A stretch of DNA of 64,000 bases, from the NCBI GenBank assembly GCA_964517495.1, contig CAZFER010000015.1, forward strand, positions 6,698 through 70,697. The letters are read 5' to 3'. The stretch comes from an uncultured bacterium. Its GTDB lineage: Bacteria > Hinthialibacterota > Hinthialibacteria > Hinthialibacterales > Hinthialibacteraceae. This document shows, one piece after another, positions 28,227 through 36,926 of the stretch (position 1 is its first letter; every line of letters starts with the position of its first letter). Below the pieces are notes generated by a model. That model saw only the letters and a list, made by a program, of their open reading frames with translations, had not been told where the DNA came from and did not search any database. The translations under genes were made by a program, and so were the position numbers.

Positions 28227-30302
28227 TTAATTTGTGTAACTTAACACCTTTTTACTTTCAATATTGTCTTTCAACTTTTCTTCGCTAAACCATGTTGATT
28301 TCAGTTTGTTTTTTGAAAACAATTTCTCCGTTTGATCATTATAATGAGGGGAATCTTCATTGTTGCTGATGCCATAGGGCGTGACGCTATATGATTCAAC
28401 ATCCCCTTTTTTAAAGAATACTAATAAAGCGTGGGATTGTCCGCCACGAGCTACACGAATTGTATCTTGATTGGGTGAGTGATACCCAACAGGCCGTAAG
28501 GTTGCCCAAAAACGGATACCCGCACCATCGACAGGCCAGGAGCCTCCACGTTCAATTCGGTGATTGTTTCCCCAGGGAATGTCAAATCGGCCGAAATCAT
28601 CATCCATACGTTGAGCAGCTTGCTTTAAGCCCTTGATTAAGAAGGCTTTATTCTCTTGACTTAACGTTGTTTGCTCTTTGATTTGCAGGGGGCCAACCTT
28701 TCCCCATCCACCCAAATCAATCAGGTTGTGGATTAGATATTCAAACGCGGTTGCACCAAATTCGCTTTTATCGACTTTACCATTCCATTGCTGGAGAACA
28801 TCGATAATTTGCATGGTTTTTTCGTCATTGATCTTCGGTTGAACCTGTTTTATTAGCGTTTTCCATATTTTGATGTAAGGTAGTTGGGTATCGGTCACTA
28901 TGGATAAGGCTTCTTCACGAGTTAAATTTTCATGTTTGGACAAGAGTTGATTGGCACGAATTCCCCGTGTGTGAGTATCCATCGATCGGGCGTGAAAAAT
29001 CTCTCGTGAATAATCGTCTGGGGATACCAACGGCAGATGAGCCATGGCATCGGGGGCCACGTTGCAATTATGCATATAGCCTGTTTTGGGATTGATGATC
29101 TGAATTAAATCATCGATGGAATGAAAACCATTCCATTCTGTTTCTTTGGTATTTCCTGGCACAGGACGGCCCCAATCATACCCCTTTGCCCGTTTGGGAA
29201 CCCGGCCATTTCGCACGTAAAAGATATTGCCTTCAACATCTGCGCCCATGATGTTTTGATCCATAAATTGCAGCATCGACAGGGTATCGAAAAACTCATC
29301 CTTGTTTTTTGCGCGATTCATTCTGTAGAGTTGTTCCACCACACCGGCCTCTTCATCATACGCGGTTTTGGCGGCATAGATAAGATTTTCCGTATCATAA
29401 ATCACCGGCCCCTGGTGTGTACGGTAGATTTTACGCTTTACTTCCTTGATTGAACCATCTTTGGCCTTATAAGGAATGACGGCTTCTTCAACCTTGGTAT
29501 CACGCCATTCACCTTCATATTTATACTGCCAGGGATTATCCGGATTGCGTTCCATTTCATACACGTCAACCGTGTCCGGTCCACCGGTTGTACAGGCCCA
29601 GCCTAGATATTCGTTATGGCCCAAACCAATAGCGGGGGTTCCAACCACACTGTAGCCGCACACTTTCATGGTGGGGGTTTGCATATGGTTTTCATAAAAC
29701 CGGTATTCACCTTCCCAAGGCAGGTGGGGATCAATTAACAAAACCGCACATTTTTCCTTTACCCGATGCGGTGAAACGGTCCATTGATTGGAATACAATT
29801 TGGGGCTTGCGCCATCCAAGCGGCCTAATTCGTTATTAAGCTGGCTTTGCTGCCAGGCATAAGTTATCAAACGTCCCACAGCAACCGCCTGATAGGGGTG
29901 GAGTTCCATCGCGCAATCGGGAACCTGCTCAGGGTGTTCTTTCATATAGGCGCGAATGCCATCCTGAAAGGCTTCGATACAAGCTAAAACCTCGACGGGG
30001 ATACGGTTTTCAACATACTCCCTGGATATGGCTTCGTGCCGCCAGGTTTTTTGAATCAGGTCATGGTCGATATACCGTTCACCAAAGGCTTCCGCCATAT
30101 GGCCGGTGGCTTTGCGGTAGTTGGTGAAGATTTGCTCCAAGCGATCTTCCGCCTGGCAATAGCCCAAGGCATAAGCCGCCGCCGTGTCTGATTCGGATTG
30201 GATATGAGGGATTCCCCATGTATCCCTATAAATTGTTACTTGATCACATATCCCATTCAAAGAGAGAATGACAACAAGCGTAAAACTCCAGATGATTTTC
30301 AT
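28227..30302 (-). CDS. Penicillin-acylase-family Ntn hydrolase (penicillin amidase / AHL-acylase-like)
   Basis: GIPHIQSESDTAAAYALGYCQAEDRLEQI and the predicted autoprocessing nucleophile context YSNQWTVSP. Signal peptide present. I prefer the start at 30302 (GGAAAGG RBS). Confidence 0.85.
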   Translation of the reverse strand: MKIIWSFTLVVILSLNGICDQVTIYRDTWGIPHIQSESDTAAAYALGYCQAEDRLEQIFTNYRKATGHMAEAFGERYIDHDLIQKTWRHEAISREYVENRIPVEVLACIEAFQDGIRAYMKEHPEQVPDCAMELHPYQAVAVGRLITYAWQQSQLNNELGRLDGASPKLYSNQWTVSPHRVKEKCAVLLIDPHLPWEGEYRFYENHMQTPTMKVCGYSVVGTPAIGLGHNEYLGWACTTGGPDTVDVYEMERNPDNPWQYKYEGEWRDTKVEEAVIPYKAKDGSIKEVKRKIYRTHQGPVIYDTENLIYAAKTAYDEEAGVVEQLYRMNRAKNKDEFFDTLSMLQFMDQNIMGADVEGNIFYVRNGRVPKRAKGYDWGRPVPGNTKETEWNGFHSIDDLIQIINPKTGYMHNCNVAPDAMAHLPLVSPDDYSREIFHARSMDTHTRGIRANQLLSKHENLTREEALSIVTDTQLPYIKIWKTLIKQVQPKINDEKTMQIIDVLQQWNGKVDKSEFGATAFEYLIHNLIDLGGWGKVGPLQIKEQTTLSQENKAFLIKGLKQAAQRMDDDFGRFDIPWGNNHRIERGGSWPVDGAGIRFWATLRPVGYHSPNQDTIRVARGGQSHALLVFFKKGDVESYSVTPYGISNNEDSPHYNDQTEKLFSKNKLKSTWFSEEKLKDNIESKKVLSYTN

Positions 30303-30328
30303 CAGTTTACCTTTCCTATGCAGACAGT

Positions 30329-31771
30329 TTACCATTTAAATTCCATGCCTTCTTGTTCATACAATTTTTTTATTTGATTATCATAATTGTTTTTCATTCG
30401 TTCGCGATAATATTCAATAATTTCAGGATCTTCGGGAATGACGCCGTGATCTCCGGTTTCATGGATCCAATTATTAAGGATAGAACGCATCCGATTTAAA
30501 ACTCGATTGTACCGTGCATTATCGGCAAGGTTATACAGTTCATGCGGATCGCTCCTTAAATCATACAGTTCCTCTTTGGGCCTTCGGTCCGCCATCAATT
30601 TTTCCTGCTCTGGTGTTAATTCGCCTTGTTCATGAAGCCGCCGCATTAGCCGCAAAACAGGATACTGCTTTTCTTTATAACGATTGAGTTGAAGGTAAGG
30701 CCGCTCGGGATGGTAGTTACGAATATATTTAAACCGCTTGGTCCTGACACACCGGATTCGATCGACGGTTTCATCACAACGGTCACGGGCGGCGATAATA
30801 TATCGCCGTTCTTCCGCGTTCGGTCCCCAAAAGACCTGGCCTTCCATATGCTCAGGTGGATCAATGCCGGCGAAATGCAAAGAGGTGGCGGATATATCGA
30901 TTGCGCTGATCAAGTTGTCATTCACCTGTCCCGCCTTGATTTTCTCCGGCCAGCGAATAATGAGGGGTATATGAATCCCACCTTCATACAACCATTGTTT
31001 GCCGCGTACATGACAGCGGCCATGATCCCCCATAAAAACCACGATGGTATTATCTGCCAGACCATCCTCTTCCAATCGGGTTAGCACAGCCCCGACTTTG
31101 CGGTCCAAATGGTTGAGGGTTTCGAGGTATTGTGACCAATCCTCTCTGGCGATGGGGTGGTCGGGATAATAGGGAGGTACGGTGACTTCATCCGGATTAA
31201 TGGGATGCTCTTTGTCGTTTTGAAAAGTGCGGTGGGCTTCGGAAAAATTGATTTGAGCGTAGAAAGGTTGATTTTCCTTCAACTGATCCCAATCATTCCC
31301 GTCGAAGGGATTCTTTGCGTTAAAATTCCAATCCGTTTTGCCGGTCCCGTTTACTCCTTGCTGCAGTTTGGTGATATTGGCGGTAAAATAACCTGCGTCG
31401 CGAAAATACTCCGTAATGACGTTCACCCCATCCGGCAGTTGATAGCCATCACGGCGATGACTGCGATGGTTATGGGTATCGATGGAGGTTTGATACATGC
31501 CGGTCATAAAGGCAGACCGTGAGGCCGAACACACGGGTGAGGTGGTAAACGCATTCACAAAGCGTACACCTTCACCAGCCAGCCGGTCGATATGGGGGGT
31601 ATGCACCAGATCATTTCCATAACATCCCAGGTCGGGGCACAAATCCTCACCAATGATCCACAATATATTTGGGCGTTCCGAGGATGCGGCGTGAGAAAAC
31701 TGGCTCGATGCCATCAAAAAAGCAGGGATAGACGAAGCGGTCTTTAAGAAATCACGGCGTGAAGCGTTCAT
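30329..31771 (-). CDS. Tat-exported Cys-type sulfatase
   Basis: SRRDFL Tat motif, CSASR within SPVCSASRSAFMTGMY, and VFMGDHG. Confidence 0.9.
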   Translation of the reverse strand: MNASRRDFLKTASSIPAFLMASSQFSHAASSERPNILWIIGEDLCPDLGCYGNDLVHTPHIDRLAGEGVRFVNAFTTSPVCSASRSAFMTGMYQTSIDTHNHRSHRRDGYQLPDGVNVITEYFRDAGYFTANITKLQQGVNGTGKTDWNFNAKNPFDGNDWDQLKENQPFYAQINFSEAHRTFQNDKEHPINPDEVTVPPYYPDHPIAREDWSQYLETLNHLDRKVGAVLTRLEEDGLADNTIVVFMGDHGRCHVRGKQWLYEGGIHIPLIIRWPEKIKAGQVNDNLISAIDISATSLHFAGIDPPEHMEGQVFWGPNAEERRYIIAARDRCDETVDRIRCVRTKRFKYIRNYHPERPYLQLNRYKEKQYPVLRLMRRLHEQGELTPEQEKLMADRRPKEELYDLRSDPHELYNLADNARYNRVLNRMRSILNNWIHETGDHGVIPEDPEIIEYYRERMKNNYDNQIKKLYEQEGMEFKW

Positions 31772-32304
31772 GGTTTTGCCTCCAATATATCTTTAAGTTG
31801 CGTTGTTCAAAATGCTAATGTTTCAATACTTTAGCATAAATTTTTGTTAGAGTGAGTGTTGAAGTGTGTGGTCTTGTTATCAGACACTGAACATTCGCTT
31901 GAAGAAAACCTCTGGTTGGATGGATAAAGGGAATGATTTGTTAATAGGTTTAAAATCGCCCGCCGCGTTGAACCTTAGATCATTGATAGTGCCGATATAA
32001 CCCGTGAAGAACGTGACCTGTTATGGCTACGTATGTAATTTACGCCAGGGTTGCCAACAAGTGGTGAGTTGAAGAATCTTTTCGAGAGGATGCTGAATAT
32101 TATTTACGTACTGTGCTAAGGTTAATCGCTGTGGATAGCGATGGAGGAATTTTATTGCCTATTTGTTCATATGAAATACATATCTGTATTAAATCTTATT
32201 TGTAATAAACAATGATTTTAATATGGGAAAATTTATACGTATTTTTCTTGATCATTAAGACTATATGGTATAAAATAAGAAAATAACTAAAACTGAGAGA
32301 ATTC

Positions 32305-32877
32305 ATGTCTACAACTGCCATTATCGTTGAACACTTGATAAGCGGTTTGCAAGCCGCGATTTGGTTAACTCTCCTTATACTTACACTTTTGGGCTACGAT
32401 TGGCTTGAACTCAATCATGCGAAGGATTTTGCTGCTCAAATTTCTTTTGTGGCGCTTGCTTTAGTGTACCCAATCGGGATATTCATTGACGAAGTAGCAG
32501 ATTTCTTATTTGCTAAATGGTCAGAGAAAATACGAGCCAAGAGGTTTCAGTGTGAAAACGTCAACATTGATGTGAATACGGTATCAGCCTTTCAAATTCT
32601 ACATGTTACGAAAGATGATTTTCTACGATCCTACTTCAATTATATTCGGATGAGAATTCGAATAAGTCGCTCAGCGGCTTTGATCTTCTTTGCATGTAGT
32701 ATGACAGCACTTGCATTTACAGTGTTTAGAACCGCGTATTCTTGGAAACTCTTGGCAACAGAGTTAATTGTTGGCTGCTTGCTGACGTTTTTAGCAATAT
32801 GGGCATGGTATAGGGTATCCGATATATTCGCGAAGCAAGTTTCGAGGGCATACAAGGAGCATAATAATCTCAGCTAA
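32305..32877 (+). CDS. Orphan 4-TM membrane protein of unknown function
   Basis: Two N-terminal and two C-terminal hydrophobic helices flank a ~60-aa basic loop. It lies in an AT-rich patch. No family recognised. Confidence 0.45.
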   Translation: MSTTAIIVEHLISGLQAAIWLTLLILTLLGYDWLELNHAKDFAAQISFVALALVYPIGIFIDEVADFLFAKWSEKIRAKRFQCENVNIDVNTVSAFQILHVTKDDFLRSYFNYIRMRIRISRSAALIFFACSMTALAFTVFRTAYSWKLLATELIVGCLLTFLAIWAWYRVSDIFAKQVSRAYKEHNNLS

Positions 32878-32975
32878 GAACAGAATCCAGCTGCCAGATC
32901 ACTCGCTATGCTCCTTCGCTGCTGCTAAATTTGAGCGTTATCATTCATAATCAAAAACCAAAGAAACAAGATACC

Positions 32976-33197
32976 ATGAAGGAAACCTACACAGCAATCG
33001 TCGAACAGTCTGGACCTTGGTGGATCGGAAGGATTGAAGAAATACCCGGTGTCAATTGCCAGGAGAAATCGAAAGAAGAATTACTCGAGACATTGAAAGT
33101 GACATTACAAGAAACATTACTCCTGGAGAAATTGGCCGGCGTATCTATCAGTTATTCCCATTCAAGAGAACAGCAAGCCTATATTTTAACAAAATAA
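32976..33197 (+). CDS. HicB-like (UPF0150-type) small protein, orphan
   Basis: MKETYTAIVEQSGPWWIGRIEEIPGVNCQEKSKEELLETLKVTLQE matches the single-domain HicB-like pattern. No HicA-like ORF is adjacent. Confidence 0.5.
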   Translation: MKETYTAIVEQSGPWWIGRIEEIPGVNCQEKSKEELLETLKVTLQETLLLEKLAGVSISYSHSREQQAYILTK

Positions 33198-33236
33198 AAA
33201 TCCCGATGGGTTAAACAACGAAATCCATCCTACATC

Positions 33237-33344
33237 TTGATCAACGGTCCTAAACACGCGGATAATACGTTTATTCTCGCTCATGGAGCGGGTGCGCCTA
33301 TGGATAGAGAATTCATGGACTTTTTTTGCACAAGAATTGAGCTA
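33237..33344 (+). pseudogene. N-terminal stub of an alpha/beta-hydrolase (KANL3/Tex30-like predicted esterase)
   Basis: TFILAHGAGAPMDREFMDFF matches the N-terminal LAHGAGAxMDSxFM pattern of that family. Homology stops where the convergent 33345-35318 gene ends. The rest of the 125-aa ORF is antisense to that gene. Confidence 0.4.
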
Positions 33345-35318
33345 TCACCTATGAATTCGTTCCGCGGCTGTGCAGGCGGCGCTGATCGCATGGCTGACGA
33401 TGTCTTGGACCATTTTGAGACGTGGTTGCTTCAAGGCATAACGCTTGATGGCTTCCTCTTCCACGGGTTCGTACATATAGGTATCCATGGTCACTTCCAG
33501 TTGAATCACGTGGATATAATTTTCGGGATCATGGTGCTTCCGTGTGATAAATCCTCCACCATACGGTTTATTTTTACTGACAGACAACCCCAATTTATGC
33601 ACTTTGGCAGCTGACTTTAGCGCCTCCACAAAATCATGGATGATTTCAGAATCCGCGGATTGATCGTCCAGGGTGCCGACCACAAAATTGCTGCGTTCTT
33701 TACCTTCGTCATATACACGTCCCCATCCCACTGAAGACATGGTGTGGGCGTCGATAATCAGGGCATATCCTTTTTCCTTGATCATCTGGTCGGTTAAATA
33801 TTCAAGGATGTCATGATAGAGATCATAATATTGCAATACATCTTTTTCCTGTTGGGGATTATACGGCTCGTTCAACAAGGTTTTATTCTCAATGGTATAA
33901 TATTCAGTCGCTGGATTGGTCAGATGAGAGGGCAAATCGTCATCCTTATCGCCATCCCGCGATCGGTTCATATCCACAAAAAAGGGAGCCAGCCGACAAA
34001 CAACCTGCAAGCCATCCAGCCCTTCATATAGAATGTCACTAAGCAAATCGATTTCCTTTAAACAATTGGGGCCGAGATCAAATTTTGGCCGATACGCCTC
34101 AGGAATCAAAATGCCGGAATGGGGTACAGATAAAATGTAGTTATTGGTACGGGGGGTAAAATCGATCAAGTCGTGGATATGCAACGTATACGATTCGCGG
34201 CTAAATACATCAAAGACATCAATGGTGGATTCAAAGTCTTCATATAGTTTATAAATATTGCTCCACGGTGTGACGGATGTTTCAACCAAAGGTGCGGAGA
34301 TATCCTCTGGAGGGGCAGGTAATCCCAACAATTCCGATTCCAGCTTACCCAAAACAATTTTGCCCACGGAGATACCATAACTATCATATAATCCCTGCCC
34401 GCCAGGGAACGCATTGATTTCGAGCACCTTCCCGGTGGTCAGCATATCCACCGCGGCATACCGTATTTCGGGAAAAGCGGAAATGACGTCCCTGGCGATA
34501 TGTTCCTGTTCTTCGGTAAGTACATGCATCCGTTGATTTGCACCAAACGAGAGATTGGTTTTCCATTCCCCCCAGGCTGGTTCACGGCACAAGGGTGCAA
34601 TCAGTTCTCCGTCAAAAAAAGTGATTACCAAATCCCCATTTCTAACTTCCGGACAAAATTCCTGAATCACCACATGTTTGTAATTTGAAATATACATAAC
34701 CAGGCAATTTTCCAGTTCTGGATCGTCAAATCGAATGCGGTGCACCTGCATGCCGCACCCATAACCATACCGATCTTTTAGAATAAAGAATTCTTTATCC
34801 TTTGGCAGTTGATTAACAGCATCCATTGCCTCAATAACCGTATCGGCGGCAAAGGTTAGTGGTTGTGGGATGTGAGGAACACGCCGGGTTAGTTCATATT
34901 TATCCGTGGTTGACAAGGTGGCTTGGATACTTTCGATTAAAACCCCGTTCTTTTCGATGGTTTGTAATAGATCCAGATGAGGCGTATCTTTATCCTTGAT
35001 ATCATCACCACGTGCAAAACAAATATCAACCGAGGATAGTTTTAAAGGCCGTACACCACTGACTTGCAAATGTTGATAACACAAAACCGGGTCCCCTTCC
35101 CAATAGTCAGGAAGAACCAAATGGCTGGCTTTGGCAAGGGGTTCATCATTGTGCCGATACAAATCCGCCATGCTAAAATGATAAATATCATGTCCCCGTG
35201 ATGCAGCAACACTTAGAATTTGGGTAATTCCCGTATTGTAGAGATCCACTGTATAATGACTGTACGACAATTTTTCACTTTCAAAAGCAATAACAAGTTT
35301 ATTGGCCTCCTGATTCAC
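33345..35318 (-). CDS. Fusion protein: GshB/RimK-like ATP-grasp ligase (N-terminal) + N-formylglutamate amidohydrolase (FGase)-like domain (C-terminal)
   Basis: The N-terminal half has the prokaryotic glutathione-synthetase-like architecture (ILKDRYGYGCGMQVHRI, VIQEFCPEVRNGDLVITFFDGE, KTNLSFGA, EINAFPGG). The C-terminal half carries FGase-family blocks (ILSVPHSGILIP, LIIDAHTMSS, NKPYGGGFITRKH, HVIQLEV). It has a GTG start with a GGAGG RBS. Confidence 0.75.
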   Translation of the reverse strand: MNQEANKLVIAFESEKLSYSHYTVDLYNTGITQILSVAASRGHDIYHFSMADLYRHNDEPLAKASHLVLPDYWEGDPVLCYQHLQVSGVRPLKLSSVDICFARGDDIKDKDTPHLDLLQTIEKNGVLIESIQATLSTTDKYELTRRVPHIPQPLTFAADTVIEAMDAVNQLPKDKEFFILKDRYGYGCGMQVHRIRFDDPELENCLVMYISNYKHVVIQEFCPEVRNGDLVITFFDGELIAPLCREPAWGEWKTNLSFGANQRMHVLTEEQEHIARDVISAFPEIRYAAVDMLTTGKVLEINAFPGGQGLYDSYGISVGKIVLGKLESELLGLPAPPEDISAPLVETSVTPWSNIYKLYEDFESTIDVFDVFSRESYTLHIHDLIDFTPRTNNYILSVPHSGILIPEAYRPKFDLGPNCLKEIDLLSDILYEGLDGLQVVCRLAPFFVDMNRSRDGDKDDDLPSHLTNPATEYYTIENKTLLNEPYNPQQEKDVLQYYDLYHDILEYLTDQMIKEKGYALIIDAHTMSSVGWGRVYDEGKERSNFVVGTLDDQSADSEIIHDFVEALKSAAKVHKLGLSVSKNKPYGGGFITRKHHDPENYIHVIQLEVTMDTYMYEPVEEEAIKRYALKQPRLKMVQDIVSHAISAACTAAERIHR

Positions 35319-35653
35319 TTTCTTAGTTCCTCCGCTATCAAAGTATTATTATCAATAATAATGTTCTTAATATATCTCCTCTGGGGATTGTAACCTCTTA
35401 TCACTCAACACATCATGCCACACCCAAGAGGATGCGCCTCCCATGAAGACGCTTATAAATAATGGTTTTATATCATTCTGAAGAAAATATTTCGAAGCTT
35501 ATGAGGTCCATACCTGAATCAGACAAATATTAGTATAAATTAAATATCTAAATAATAATTATACTCTCTTTTATCACACCCCAGAAGCCCCCATAAATGA
35601 ATGTTTTAAAACTCATTGTGATCGTTGCCGCATCACAAGATAGGACGAATACA

Positions 35654-35688
35654 AGTAGGGGCGAACACATAGGTTCGCCCCTTGTATC
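35654..35688 (-). terminator. GC-rich hairpin (GTAGGGG-type) downstream of the 35709-36845 gene
   Basis: aggggcgaac-acatag-gttcgcccct is a perfect 10-bp stem about 20 nt after the stop on the - strand. The U-tract is weak. Confidence 0.5.
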
Positions 35689-35708
35689 AATCTTGTCTAT
35701 TAATCAAC

Positions 35709-36845
35709 TTAAAAAATTTCCCAGGATTGGATCCCAGTTCCTGCTGCACGTGATAGGCGCAGGTTATCAACATAAAGCCTCAAGCCATCCACCCCTCCAC
35801 CGTTGGTTGATAGTCTTAATGCAATGGAAGCGTCATCCGATTGGTATATGGGTTCGATCACATCCGCACGCAAGGTTTGGAACGGAAAACCATCGGTTCC
35901 TTCCACCGGTCCATATTGTTGAACAAACGTATGCCATTGTTCGGTTGCAACCGATGTATAGGATCCATTAACAAGGGTCATCGATTCATTCACTTCATTC
36001 CCATCCGCATCCAAGGTGGTAGTATCAGCGGCCAGGCCAAAATTGCCCCACCCGCCGGAAGCGGTTCCATCCAGATAAAGGTCAAAATGGACTCGTTCAT
36101 ATTGGGCGACCTCGGGGATATCTGAAATATCAAAGGTGAACCGGTCATTATTGGCATCCGATAGGGTTACAAACAAAAAACCATCCCCTTCAGTCGGTGT
36201 TACATCCCCCTCGGTGATAATTCCACCTTCGAATTCATCGGGAAAAGTGACATTTTCCAGATCGGCTTCTGAATTAAAGCCATTGAGCAAAAAATATTCA
36301 CGTTCAGGGCTTTCTTTTCGAACCCGGGCTTCAATATCATCCATATAGATAATACCAGTGAAGTCTTCGGTCGGATTAATGAATGATCCCCATGAATTAA
36401 CTTCTGAAAAGGCAGCGGCGGTTTCTTCAGGATACCACCAGGCTAGTTTTTTCCATTCACCGATATCGTCTTCGGTATAATGGCGATATCCGAGATTGGC
36501 GCCACCAAATTCCCAATTCATTCGGAAAGGAGCGGTGGCATTCACCCAGACATTCATTTCATCGGTACCGGATAAATCGAGTGTTCCCACATGGTCAGGA
36601 AACTGCCAGGTGGAAAATTGCCATTGAGCGGTTCCACCGGCAATATCAAGGATTAATGCATATTCCCCACTATGAACCGGTTCCCCTGGAATGGTAAATC
36701 CAGTGAAGAAATCCCAACTTGCACTGATGCTTGGTGTGTTCTGGCCTTCAAAATCCATAATCGTGATGAACTCATGATCATCTTGTGCAACCGCAATACC
36801 TATCACTAACATCGACATCACTGATGCTAAAGCAATTTTCTTCAT
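35709..36845 (-). CDS. Secreted acidic protein with two CBM-like beta-sandwich modules
   Basis: Signal peptide (MKKIALASVMSMLVIGIAVAQD). Two modules end in IYMDDIEARV and LYVDNLRLS, as in CBM/galactose-binding-like folds. I prefer the start at 36845 (GGAGG RBS). Confidence 0.4.
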   Translation of the reverse strand: MKKIALASVMSMLVIGIAVAQDDHEFITIMDFEGQNTPSISASWDFFTGFTIPGEPVHSGEYALILDIAGGTAQWQFSTWQFPDHVGTLDLSGTDEMNVWVNATAPFRMNWEFGGANLGYRHYTEDDIGEWKKLAWWYPEETAAAFSEVNSWGSFINPTEDFTGIIYMDDIEARVRKESPEREYFLLNGFNSEADLENVTFPDEFEGGIITEGDVTPTEGDGFLFVTLSDANNDRFTFDISDIPEVAQYERVHFDLYLDGTASGGWGNFGLAADTTTLDADGNEVNESMTLVNGSYTSVATEQWHTFVQQYGPVEGTDGFPFQTLRADVIEPIYQSDDASIALRLSTNGGGVDGLRLYVDNLRLSRAAGTGIQSWEIF

Positions 36846-36926
36846 TTCAATTCCTCCCATAAAAAGAGTTTGGACTGAATATATATTAACAAAATACTCA
36901 TAAAATCAATAGGTTGTTCGTCTAAT

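Noticed and set aside
31975-32040. Coding-like fragment ...IIDSADITREERDLLWLRM-stop, possibly the C-terminus of a sigma-factor region-4-like protein
   Set aside because: An in-frame stop lies immediately upstream, leaving only 19 codons. This is too short to assign, so it is kept only as support for gene decay in the AT-rich patch.
33237-33614. 125-aa + strand ORF
   Set aside because: Only the first ~35 codons look like a real (hydrolase) sequence. The remainder is antisense to the well-supported FGase-like domain.
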